Shown in pieces: positions 37,566-46,588 of a stretch of DNA of 64,000 bases. The stretch comes from a virus (lineage: Duplodnaviria; Caudoviricetes), in the IMG/VR virus record IMGVR_UViG_3300009095_000001, positions 1 to 64,000 of that record; one strand, 5' to 3'. Position 1 is the stretch's first letter. Each line of letters begins with the position of its first letter. A program made the translations under genes and the position numbers. The notes beneath the pieces were generated by a model. It had not been told where the DNA came from, made no database searches, and saw only the letters and a program-made list of their open reading frames with translations.

Positions 37566-37984
37566 GCTGTGACGACCTCCCGCCGCCGACGCTCATTCCC
37601 CAGCCGCGCCAGCACCCGACTTTCGAGCAGCCGCGCTTCGTCGCCTTTATCGCTGGCGATCATGGCGGCGACCTTCTCGATCGCCGACATGGCCGTGGAG
37701 TGCGTTCGGTTCATCTTGCGACCGATCTCTGTGTACGTCGCTCGCGTCAGCACGCTCGACAAGTACATCGCCAGGTGCCGCGCTTGGACGGCTTCGGGCC
37801 GCTGGCTCCTGCCGGTGATCGTCTCGCGCTCGAGACCGAGCTCGGCCGCGACTGCATCGATCACCACGTCGACCTCGGGCGGACCGTACTCGGCCGCGCG
37901 AGCCAACAGCAGCTCGGCCAGCTCTTTGCCCCTTGGCCCGCGCGCGACGGCGAAGACCAGCTCCGTCAGCTGCTCGACGGTCAC
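37541..37984 (-). CDS. solo DnaA domain IV (DnaA C-terminal HTH) protein
   Basis: IDAVAAELGLERETITGRSQR..VQARHLAMYL..TYTEIGRKMNRTHSTAMSAIEKV. Confidence 0.85.
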   Translation of the reverse strand: MTVEQLTELVFAVARGPRGKELAELLLARAAEYGPPEVDVVIDAVAAELGLERETITGRSQRPEAVQARHLAMYLSSVLTRATYTEIGRKMNRTHSTAMSAIEKVAAMIASDKGDEARLLESRVLARLGNERRRREVVTACPLDSTT

Positions 37985-38568
37985 CAGGCCCTCCCGCGCG
38001 GTGCGTCGGCCCGGCGTCGACCGGTGCGGGGTTCGGGCGCCGTCGTGGTCGCGGCCGGCCGTGCAGGCGTGAGCGGGCCGAGCCGGGTCGGCGCAGCTTG
38101 GCGGGGTTCGGGCTTGGGCTCGGGCTCGGGCTTGGCTCGCGTCCAGCACAGCGCTGCGCAGACCAGATTACCCTTGCCGCTGGTGAACTTGGGTGCGCCG
38201 CAGTGGCAGCGCTCGAGCTTGGCGACGCTGGCCTCAAGCTCGTCGACGCGCTCTTTGATGCGGCCGACGATCTCCGGGATCACGCCTTTCCGGTACACGC
38301 GGGGGCTCTTGCCGAGCGGGCGCGGGGGCGTGCCGGTGTAGATGATCGACACCCGGATCGCGTCGGTGTCCTTGACCCGCGTCGCGCTTCCGCTGATCGA
38401 CGTGTACACGCGGCACTCCAGCCGGAAGTCCAGGCACCGCACGAACACGCGCTCGCGGCCCGCCTGGGGCCCTTCCTCGAAGCCCCAGCTCTCGAGCTGC
38501 GCGATCATGTGCTCGGCCAGCTCCCGACGGCTCGCGGCGCTCTCGGGGTTGTAGGTTCCAAGGATCAC
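37981..38568 (-). CDS. hypothetical protein with Zn ribbon
   Basis: CHCGAPKF..VCAALCW. Confidence 0.55.
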   Translation of the reverse strand: MILGTYNPESAASRRELAEHMIAQLESWGFEEGPQAGRERVFVRCLDFRLECRVYTSISGSATRVKDTDAIRVSIIYTGTPPRPLGKSPRVYRKGVIPEIVGRIKERVDELEASVAKLERCHCGAPKFTSGKGNLVCAALCWTRAKPEPEPKPEPRQAAPTRLGPLTPARPAATTTAPEPRTGRRRADAPRGRAW

Positions 38569-40292
38569 GCCTCACCCCGCTTCGGCGCAGGGATCTCGAT
38601 CAGCTCCGACTTGGCGCGGGTATAGGCCACGTAAGCCGCGTTCTCCTCTTGCCGGATCTGCCACGGCTGCGTCGCGCGGAAGCTCATGATCCGGTCGTAT
38701 TCGAGGATCACGACGCGGTCAGCTTCGAGACCCTTCGCGCGGTGGATCGTCGAGAGCGTGATCGCGGCGTCCTTGTCCGCGAAGATCCGCTCGATCGCGG
38801 AAGCCAACGCGCGCGCATCGGTGGCCCCGGAGCTGCGCCACACGATCCGCACGCACTCGATGCGATCGCCGAGAGCGTCGATCGAGTTTTGTGCGGACTG
38901 CTCGTTGCGGGCGCGCTTCTTGATCTTCGCGGTCTCGGCCAACTTGAACGCGGCGAGCCCAGACTCGAAGGTCGAGCGCCACCCGTCGCCCCGCGGCGCG
39001 AGCTTGGTCGCACGCTTGACGATCTTGAGCAGACCCTTGCTCATGTCGGGTCGCCCCCGGACGTTGGCCGACGTACCCGCCGCGATCAGCTCGAAGCACA
39101 GCTCGACTAGCGGCGCGGTCCGGCGGCAGATCACCAGGTCGCCGCGCTTGGCCGCGTCCACGTACTCGGACCGCTCCATGCGCCGAACGGTCCCGACGGG
39201 CGCACCCGGTCGAGCCTCGATCTCCGGTTTCCACTGCCGGGCGATATCGAGGTGGGAAGTCGGGCATCGGTAGCAAACCGACAACGGCAGGATCTTGGCC
39301 CGCGCCTCGCGGATGATCGCCGCGAAGCTCTCGTCGTCAGCCCCCGCGAAGCCGTTGATTGCTTGGGCAGGGTCCCCCACGAACATCATGCGACCGCCTC
39401 GCTTGACGCTCGACAAGAGCAGCCGACGCGCCGCGGTGCTGATGTCTTGGCACTCGTCGACCATCACCCAGTCGTACTGCTTCGGCCGCAGCCCGAGCAC
39501 GTTCGGCAGCCATAGCATGTCGGTGAAGTCGACCAACCACTCGCCCTCTTCGGGCACTTCGCAGCCAAGGCAAAGCGCGTTGTAGACCGCGACCACGACC
39601 AGCGGCCACAGCACGGGATCGACCTCGACGTCGTAGCGATCGGCAAGCTCCGCGAGCTCGCGCTCGAAGGTGGGCGCATCGAAGTCGACCAGGAACAGCC
39701 GGCAGAGTCGAGTCAGGTCGACGCACTCTACGACGGGAAAGCCGATCTCTTTGTCCTTGATCAACGTGAGCTGCTCGCGGGTCACCGGCTCACCGCACAG
39801 CGACGACACCTGCTCGGTCGGGTCGGCGTCGGGGTCGGGCTTGAAGTCGGCCGCACGCTCGATCACCGCCTCGCTCGCCTTCGCGAACATGTCGGCGTAT
39901 TTCGTCTCTTGGTCGTCGACCTTCACCTGCACGCGCCCGCCCAAGCCGATGCGCGCGTAGGCGTAGAAGCGCAGGCACGCGAGCCCGTGGCGGTGCACCG
40001 TCGCGGCCTTCATGTTGGTGCCGACGAGACGCTCCTCGAGCTCATCCGCGATCGGCTTGTTGAAGGCGCAGTAGAGCCCTTCCCCGGACATGAGCTTCGA
40101 CGCGAGGACGCTCGTCGTCGTCTTGCCCGAGCCCGCGCAGGCGTCGACCACCGCGTTCCCTCGGCCGTTTCGGATCCAGTCGAAGATCGCCGCCTGGTAG
40201 GCCGACGGATCGAACTTGAGCCCGAGCAGCGCCTTGTAGTCGACGGGGCGGCGAGATTGAGCGACGGGGGCCATGCCAGCAGCAGCCATCAT
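38565..40292 (-). CDS. UvrD/Rep-like SF1 helicase
   Basis: ACAGSGKTT, VDECQD, VGDPAQAINGFAGAD, CYRCP, STIHRAKGLE, YVAYTRAK. Confidence 0.92.
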   Translation of the reverse strand: MMAAAGMAPVAQSRRPVDYKALLGLKFDPSAYQAAIFDWIRNGRGNAVVDACAGSGKTTTSVLASKLMSGEGLYCAFNKPIADELEERLVGTNMKAATVHRHGLACLRFYAYARIGLGGRVQVKVDDQETKYADMFAKASEAVIERAADFKPDPDADPTEQVSSLCGEPVTREQLTLIKDKEIGFPVVECVDLTRLCRLFLVDFDAPTFERELAELADRYDVEVDPVLWPLVVVAVYNALCLGCEVPEEGEWLVDFTDMLWLPNVLGLRPKQYDWVMVDECQDISTAARRLLLSSVKRGGRMMFVGDPAQAINGFAGADDESFAAIIREARAKILPLSVCYRCPTSHLDIARQWKPEIEARPGAPVGTVRRMERSEYVDAAKRGDLVICRRTAPLVELCFELIAAGTSANVRGRPDMSKGLLKIVKRATKLAPRGDGWRSTFESGLAAFKLAETAKIKKRARNEQSAQNSIDALGDRIECVRIVWRSSGATDARALASAIERIFADKDAAITLSTIHRAKGLEADRVVILEYDRIMSFRATQPWQIRQEENAAYVAYTRAKSELIEIPAPKRGEA

Positions 40293-40312
40293 GACGGCGA
40301 TACCCGAGTTTC

Positions 40313-40336
40313 CTACAATCTATTCCGCGATTGTAG
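40313..40336. promoter_or_regulatory. palindromic operator B (copy 1) upstream of UvrD
   Basis: CTACAAT-N10-ATTGTAG followed by aaaa. Confidence 0.65.
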
Positions 40337-40388
40337 AAAACTCGGGCGCGTTCGTTTTCGATCGTTTGGAGGCGGGACGCTCCAGTCT

Positions 40389-41426
40389 CTACAGCTGTTC
40401 GAGCGCTCGGGTGAGCGCGTCGTCGCTGAGCAGGTGGAGGCGACGCCAGGTCTCGCCGTCGACCACCGTCGATTCGTCCAGCCCCGCGGCCAACTTGAAC
40501 CCCACCAACGCCGCACGGGTCTTCGCGCCAGGCTTTCCGTCGGGCCGCAGAGTCTTCGCGTCGATCAACCCGATCGGGTTCCAGCGGTGGCCGACAAGCA
40601 GCGCCTGCACGCGGGCCACGACTTCGTCGCGCTCATTCGACGGCAGCTTCCCCAAGTCGACCACCGGCAGCTCCAAGGTGACCACCACCGGCTTGGGTGG
40701 CTCGAGCCGCGGGATCAGGCGGAGCTTGGTGAGCCCTTCGAGCTCCGTCAGCTGCTGCGCTCGACGGGTCCGCGGATCCGGGCTCGCAGCCGAGCAGCAC
40801 ACCACGTTCGCGTCGACCCTGGTCTTGATGCCCGGCACGACCGCGCGCGCGGTGAATTGGTGCACGAACGGCCGCCAGCTCCCGACATGCATCGGCTCGG
40901 GCAAGCCCGCTTCGCTCGCGTGGTCGGCCTGCCACAGCGCCAGGTGAGCGAAGCGATCGGACCGACCCCAGCGCGCCGACCAGACGTCCGCGCCGGTGTA
41001 GATGCCGGGGCTGCGACCGAGCTCGGCCTCGCAGGTCTCGATCCACTGCTCACTCCAATCGAGGTTGCGGTTGACGTTGTCGGGGACGTTCGCTCCGAGC
41101 GAGCCGAAATACTCGCTGTCGAGCCACGGCATGATCACGCCCTCGCCGTGCATCGATCCCACGACCCGAGCGAAGTGCTGCGCCTCAGCATGTGCATCGT
41201 TCGGGTCCGCGGTGTCGGTGTCGATCCGCGCGAAGTGGTAGGCCGCTCGGAAGCGCAGCGCTCGCGACCGATCCCAGTTCTCGCGGAAGCGAGGGTCTTC
41301 GTGCGTGCGACCCTCGCTGGCTTTGATGAACGCGCCGACGCAGCCGGCCTTGGCCAGCGCCTCGAAGTCGATCAGGCCCTGGTGATGACTGACGTCGACG
41401 ATCCACGCCTCGCTCTGCCAGCTCAT
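40389..41426 (-). CDS. endolysin: GH25 muramidase plus peptidoglycan-binding domain
   Basis: VDVSHHQG, IKASEG, AYHFA, LDSE, IYTG, LWQA, HQFT; C-term VQALL..DGKPGAKTRAALVGFK..VDGETW. Confidence 0.9.
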   Translation of the reverse strand: MSWQSEAWIVDVSHHQGLIDFEALAKAGCVGAFIKASEGRTHEDPRFRENWDRSRALRFRAAYHFARIDTDTADPNDAHAEAQHFARVVGSMHGEGVIMPWLDSEYFGSLGANVPDNVNRNLDWSEQWIETCEAELGRSPGIYTGADVWSARWGRSDRFAHLALWQADHASEAGLPEPMHVGSWRPFVHQFTARAVVPGIKTRVDANVVCCSAASPDPRTRRAQQLTELEGLTKLRLIPRLEPPKPVVVTLELPVVDLGKLPSNERDEVVARVQALLVGHRWNPIGLIDAKTLRPDGKPGAKTRAALVGFKLAAGLDESTVVDGETWRRLHLLSDDALTRALEQL

Positions 41427-42664
41427 CAGTGCACCACCGGGGGGCTCTTGCCGCCTTCGTTGGGCTCGAGCGCGAGCTGTTGCGGGCCGTCGTCTTCGAC
41501 CTCGCCGTCGACCGCGGGCACCTTGGGTGCCAGCTCAGCGAGCCGCTCGCGAAGCACCGGAACGACCTCGTCGCGCGAGGCCTCGCCGCGCTCGAGCTCC
41601 TCGTCGAGCAGCCAGCCGATCACGACCGGATCGCCGCACGCCGGGACCAGCTGCTCGAGCACGTTCACAGCGATTTCGCCGGCCGCAGTCGCCAGCGCGG
41701 CCGCAGCTCGGTCGGGCTTGATTTGGAGCGTGCGATTCTCGTCGACGCAGTCCATGTCGCTGAGCAGTCGCGGGTCGTCGTGAGTGGAGGCCTCGGCCTG
41801 TAGCGCCTTGAGCACGCGCTCGCGCGGCTTCTTGCGCTCGCTTTCCAGCACGTAGATCCCGAGCAGGGTCTCGGCGCGGGTGAGGTGGGGCAGTCGCTCG
41901 CGCAGCGACTTGTCGCCGAGCTTGCCGCTCTTGGTCTGGACCGGCTTGGCGTTGCCCTTCGCGGGCCCGTCCTCGGTTTTGGCCGTGGACTCGCGCGTTT
42001 CGGTGTGCTCGAGCACGCCGGCCAGAGTGCCCACGATCGTGTGCTCTTGGGCGCCCAGCTTGATCGTGATCTTGCCGTCGCTGACGACCAGCTCCACGCG
42101 GCCGTGTCCGATCGCCCGCGAGACCACGCCGTCGACGTGGCTGATCTGCCAGTTGGTGCCCGGCAAGCTCAGCTGCTGATCTTCGTCCAGGTCGATCGTC
42201 TCGGGGACGAACGGAGCATCCCAGGCCGACTCCTCGATCTGCAGTTTCACGCTCTCGGGCGACTTGCGATCCCAGTCGATCCGCAAGCGCGGGCGCTGAG
42301 CGTGGCGGGCCAGGGCCTTGCCGCGATCGTTTCGGGCGTCGGCGTTCGCCTCCGCTGTCTTCGCGGCGGTCTTGAGCTTGCCCGCGAGAGTGCGGTCTTC
42401 GTGCTCCTGACTCTCGAGCACGATCAGCTCGCCGGCGAGTCGCATCTTGCGATCGGTGGCGACCGCTTCGGTACGCTCGTCGATCTGCCGCTCGCACTCT
42501 GCCCACGCTTCCGCGTGCTGCAGCGCCTGCGATTCGCCGTCGAAGATGCCCGGCTTCCCGAACTTGCTCCTGCTGTTGTAGACGACCTTGCCCCCGCGCT
42601 TGACGAGAGCGAGGAACCCGTGGCCGTCCTCGGACGGCTCGACCAATGCTTCGATGGTGCTCAT
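41426..42664 (-). CDS. phage hypothetical protein
   Basis: ATG 42664 (MSTIEAL..) overlaps dnaB stop; AGGA RBS. Confidence 0.6.
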   Translation of the reverse strand: MSTIEALVEPSEDGHGFLALVKRGGKVVYNSRSKFGKPGIFDGESQALQHAEAWAECERQIDERTEAVATDRKMRLAGELIVLESQEHEDRTLAGKLKTAAKTAEANADARNDRGKALARHAQRPRLRIDWDRKSPESVKLQIEESAWDAPFVPETIDLDEDQQLSLPGTNWQISHVDGVVSRAIGHGRVELVVSDGKITIKLGAQEHTIVGTLAGVLEHTETRESTAKTEDGPAKGNAKPVQTKSGKLGDKSLRERLPHLTRAETLLGIYVLESERKKPRERVLKALQAEASTHDDPRLLSDMDCVDENRTLQIKPDRAAAALATAAGEIAVNVLEQLVPACGDPVVIGWLLDEELERGEASRDEVVPVLRERLAELAPKVPAVDGEVEDDGPQQLALEPNEGGKSPPVVH

Positions 42665-44334
42665 GCTGCTTCCTGTTGTGATTTGTTGCGTGGAAGGAAC
42701 CTGTAAAACTGGCCAAAGAAATCTGCGTAGACGGTACCCGTCGGACCGTGCCGGTTGAGCTGCACGATGATCTCGGCGGTGCTCAGCTTGGTAGTCGCGC
42801 TCGCCAGCTCCTGCACTTCGGTGCGCCCGAGCGGGCAGTCGTGCAGTAGAAGCTCGAAGCGCCGCTGCTGCGCCTGGTCGTTGCGGATGGCGATCAGCTC
42901 GTCGAGATCGTTGAGCATTCGCGCGACGCCGATCCCTGTGTTCTTGCAGCCATCGACGGCGCGCTTGCGGAGGATCTTGATCTGGTCGCGGTACTCCTGG
43001 TGCTTCGGGTCGTAGACCACCGGCCGGTAGCAACCCATGAGCACGTCGCCGTACTGCTCGATCTTCCCGCTGCCCTCGTTGTCGCTCGCCTGCGGTCGTC
43101 GGCCTTGTCCGCTCTCGTCGTCGATCGGTCGCTTCTCCAAGTCGCGATTGAGCTGCGACAGCAGCAGCGACACCAGCCCGAGCGCCTTGCTCTCGTCCTT
43201 GACGAACTTGACCTTGGCGCCGGTCCGCTCGTTGATGTTCTGCTTCGCGGTCTCGGGAAAATCGACGAACGACTGCAGGAAGTCGAGCATCACGAGCGCG
43301 GGCTCGCGGACTGGTCGGCCTTGCTGATCGCGGTCGATGATCGGGTGCTCGGATCGCCAGCGCCGGATGATCCCGAACGCCTTGCGGAGATCGCCGGAGT
43401 GCTCGTCGGGGCACCATTCGATCGGCGCCGAGTCGAGCAGCTTGCGAGCCGCGTCGACGCGCTCGCGGTTGTGTTCGTACCAGCGCTGCGTCGGTGCACC
43501 GATCGCGCTCGCGTCGAGCCCGGCCAGGTTGGCGAGCAGCCGCTCGTACAGCTCCGCGTTGCGCATTTCGTCGCAGACGATGAACACGGGCGTCGGCCGA
43601 TCCTTGAGCTTCCAGCGGACCGGGAAGCCATCGACGCGATCAAACATCGCCTCGATCAGCACCTGCAACGCAAAGCTGGTCTTGCCCATCTTCGGGCGAC
43701 CGCTCACGAACAGCAGCCAACCGGGCCGCGGACCACGGCGCTTGCACATGCTGTCGAGCTTCGCAAAGCCGGTGCTGATCGACCGCGTGCGGCCGCTGAG
43801 CTCAAGCTGAAACTCGCGCTCCCAGTCGTCGCCGACTTGCTTGATCGAGAGACCCCGCTTGCCGCCGGCCCCGTTGCGCGCAACGTCGGTGAAGCGCTCG
43901 GCCGTGCGTGCGAGCTCGGCCGCCAGCTCATCGCCGGTCAGCGGGTTGGTGAGCAGCTGCTGTGCGAACGCGCGGGCAAGCTCGATCGCCGCTCGAGCTT
44001 GGGCGTGCTCGGCGATCAGGACCGCGTGCACGAGCAGCTCTTGCTTGTTGCGAGCGCAGGTCTCGGCGACCCGAGCGATAGCCTGGGGACCTCCGACGGT
44101 GCCGAGCGTGCCGCGGCTGCGGAGCTCCGACTCGAGCGTGATGCGGTCGATCGACCGGCCCTTCTCGACCAGCATCTGCAACGCGTCCCAGCACGCCTGG
44201 TGAGCTTCGATGCACATGCCGTGGTCGCCGATCACCGACCGCACGTCGGCGATGGCTTCGGGTCCCCAGCGCAGGCATGAGCCGAGCACCGACAGCTCCG
44301 CCGCGGCATCGTGGGGAAGCTGGCGGCCGATCAC
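42661..44334 (-). CDS. dnaB: replicative DNA helicase, DnaB family
   Basis: AELSVLG N-term, GRPKMGKT, DEM, DFLQ, LSQLNR, SGKIEQYGD, NRHGPTG. Confidence 0.92.
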   Translation of the reverse strand: MIGRQLPHDAAAELSVLGSCLRWGPEAIADVRSVIGDHGMCIEAHQACWDALQMLVEKGRSIDRITLESELRSRGTLGTVGGPQAIARVAETCARNKQELLVHAVLIAEHAQARAAIELARAFAQQLLTNPLTGDELAAELARTAERFTDVARNGAGGKRGLSIKQVGDDWEREFQLELSGRTRSISTGFAKLDSMCKRRGPRPGWLLFVSGRPKMGKTSFALQVLIEAMFDRVDGFPVRWKLKDRPTPVFIVCDEMRNAELYERLLANLAGLDASAIGAPTQRWYEHNRERVDAARKLLDSAPIEWCPDEHSGDLRKAFGIIRRWRSEHPIIDRDQQGRPVREPALVMLDFLQSFVDFPETAKQNINERTGAKVKFVKDESKALGLVSLLLSQLNRDLEKRPIDDESGQGRRPQASDNEGSGKIEQYGDVLMGCYRPVVYDPKHQEYRDQIKILRKRAVDGCKNTGIGVARMLNDLDELIAIRNDQAQQRRFELLLHDCPLGRTEVQELASATTKLSTAEIIVQLNRHGPTGTVYADFFGQFYRFLPRNKSQQEAA

Positions 44335-45428
44335 GGGTGACCTCCGTCGTCGAGCAGACCCTGCAACGCGATCGGGTCGTCGTCGAGATCGTCGTCATAC
44401 CGGGGCGCATAGTCGGACGTCGATCGAACAACGGCGAGTTCTGGCTCGTTGGCCATGCGGTCGAAATGCTCTTTGCGGAACCAGTAATCCGCGAGCCTGC
44501 GCATCGAATCCCAACCGCTGTCCATCACCCTGCCCCTGTCGCGATCAAGCTCTCGACGGGCTATCCGCACGACCTTGCGCGCGACGGCGAGAAGCTCCGC
44601 CGTGGTCGCGCCCTTGGGGGCGTTGGAGCGGCAGAGCGCGAGGAGTTTCTTGCGGCGCTTGTCCGTGAGTCCGAGGAATTCTACGCGGTGACTTGGCCGC
44701 CAACGGGCCCACGCATCCGCGCGCTCTGCGTTGTACTCCCGCCAGAACTGCGCGATTAGCTCATCGTCGGTTGGGTCTTGGGGCTGATCCTCGAACCCCA
44801 ACCCGGGGAGGGGGAGGGCCGAGCCCTCGCTTGGGGGTACTGGGGGACCGGGGGGAACTGGGGGAATTAATTGGGTTGGCAGATTTTCGCCAACTTTTTG
44901 CAGATTCTCGCCAACTTTTTGCAGATTCTCGCCATCGCCTGGCAGATTTTCGCCGGCAGATTTTCGCCAAATCCTGGCAGATTCCTGCAAGTCTGTTGCA
45001 GATTCTCGCCAGTCCTCGCGGGTTTTCTGCTTGGCAGATTTTCGCAACTTCTTGCGACGTTTCTCCATTTCCGCCGAATCCTCGATTGCCTCGCTCGGCG
45101 GGGTCAGCTCGACATAGCGACCTTCGACGGATGCGAGCCCGCGGTCCACGCAGCCTTTGATGTAGTCGCGGATCGTACGGTCGGCCTTGTCCGGGTGGAC
45201 GTGCTGACGAAGGTCTTCGACCAGGCTCTCGCTCGGGCCCATGCGAGACCCGTCGGCCCGCTCGTAGGCCGGGGCCTTCACCGTGCATCGACGCAGGTGC
45301 CTTTGGGCTTCGTGTGGAGCTCGGCCCCACCACCACATGAGCGTCAGCTTCTCGCCGTCGGACAATCCTGGAAGTGCCCAGATCTGCGGCGGCGCTCCGG
45401 GGGCATACGTGCCCTTGTCATCGCTCAC
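44331..45428 (-). CDS. phage replication initiator (lambda O-like organisation)
   Basis: directly upstream of dnaB, N-terminal wHTH-like segment (LSDGEKL..DRTIRDYIKGCVDRG), internal iterons, C-term LTDKRRKKL. Confidence 0.7.
   Translation of the reverse strand: MSDDKGTYAPGAPPQIWALPGLSDGEKLTLMWWWGRAPHEAQRHLRRCTVKAPAYERADGSRMGPSESLVEDLRQHVHPDKADRTIRDYIKGCVDRGLASVEGRYVELTPPSEAIEDSAEMEKRRKKLRKSAKQKTREDWRESATDLQESARIWRKSAGENLPGDGENLQKVGENLQKVGENLPTQLIPPVPPGPPVPPSEGSALPLPGLGFEDQPQDPTDDELIAQFWREYNAERADAWARWRPSHRVEFLGLTDKRRKKLLALCRSNAPKGATTAELLAVARKVVRIARRELDRDRGRVMDSGWDSMRRLADYWFRKEHFDRMANEPELAVVRSTSDYAPRYDDDLDDDPIALQGLLDDGGHP
44879..45046. repeat. iteron array / putative replication origin
   Basis: 8 copies of GCAGATTYTCGC (one variant) at 44879, 44900, 44921, 44942, 44956, 44977, 44998, 45034. 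Confidence 0.8.
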
Positions 45429-45658
45429 GATGCCCCCGTGATGACACAATCTGGCGTGTGTCCCATTGGACTGACGTCGGCCGCATATGGCCAATTGTGG
45501 CTTGCCGTGACCGTGGCCGTTCGGCTATCTTCGCTATCGCGCATCGACTGCGTGTCCCCTACTCCGCGGTTTGATGTTGAGGCTCACGGCTTGTCCCCGT
45601 GGGCCTCTGTCTTTTCTACTCTCGCGAAGACCACGCTCGCAACCGTGCGGTTTACGCT

Positions 45659-45682
45659 CTACAATAGGCGATCAGATTGTAG
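45659..45682. promoter_or_regulatory. palindromic operator B (copy 2) upstream of initiator
   Basis: CTACAAT-N10-ATTGTAG followed by aaaa. Confidence 0.65.
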
Positions 45683-45823
45683 AAAAGTCCGGCGCACTAT
45701 CGAGCACGATCTACGCGAATCATCTGCTGTTAGCGGTTTCGCGGTGGTTTTCGATGGAGGGCATTCTCGACATTCCCGATGGGGCGCCCGGCCACAGTCC
45801 ATGCGGCCGGGCGGCTGGGTTGG

Positions 45824-46588
45824 TCAGGTCAGCTTGGCGAGCTCGGCCTTGGCCCACTTCTCACCGCGAGCGAGACCCTTGTAGAGCGACTCCAGAGCGT
45901 CGTGATCGTCGTGGTCGAGCTGCTCGGCTGACTCCTTGCCGACGTACGCGAGCATCTGAGCCGGCTTCACGTTGTAGCCCTCGAACGCCTTCACGCCCGG
46001 GGCCCATCGCGAGATCGCGGGTTCTCGCTTCGTGCTCGAGCGCTCGGGCTCGGGACCGCTCTCGCCGTCGTCGTCCTCGCCCGCCGCGATGCCGGCCATG
46101 CTCGTCAACGCGTAGCGCTTGACGTAGGTGATCGCGTTGCCGACCGACTGGATCGCGCGCAGGCCCTTGAGCGCCTCGAAGGGCACGCAGAAGTCGGCCT
46201 CGACCCACTCGCCATCGCAGGCCAACCGCGTGGTGATGTAGAGCTTTTTGTCGCTCGGGTTGGTCCACGGGGTCTGGTAGCGCGCGACACCGTGCTTCGA
46301 CAGCGGCTCGCGGATCGCCACGACGACCGCGGCCAGGTCGGCGTACTTGCTCTTGAGGTGGGGATTGTTCTTGTTGAGCTCGGCGTTCCGCATCTCGCCC
46401 TGGGCAGCCGAGAGCGCGCGGTCGAGCTTCGGCGTCGCTCGGTGACTCCACCGATAGGGCCCGACGCGCAGCGTCGCCTCGATCTCGGCCGCGAGCGCGT
46501 GGTCGTCGTGATGATCGGGCTCGGGAGGCTCGCTGCCGTCGCTCGGGACTTGGTCGTCGTATTCGGTGTTTTCGTCGTAATTGCTCAT
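45824..46588 (-). CDS. ERF-family ssDNA-annealing protein
   Basis: ALSAAQGEM..NPHLKSKYADL..QSVGNAITYVKRYALTSMAGIAAGEDDDG. Confidence 0.9.
   Translation of the reverse strand: MSNYDENTEYDDQVPSDGSEPPEPDHHDDHALAAEIEATLRVGPYRWSHRATPKLDRALSAAQGEMRNAELNKNNPHLKSKYADLAAVVVAIREPLSKHGVARYQTPWTNPSDKKLYITTRLACDGEWVEADFCVPFEALKGLRAIQSVGNAITYVKRYALTSMAGIAAGEDDDGESGPEPERSSTKREPAISRWAPGVKAFEGYNVKPAQMLAYVGKESAEQLDHDDHDALESLYKGLARGEKWAKAELAKLT

Noticed and set aside
44879-45046. CRISPR-like array
   Set aside because: Units are ~12 bp with mostly 9-bp gaps inside a CDS and there are no cas genes; fits iterons
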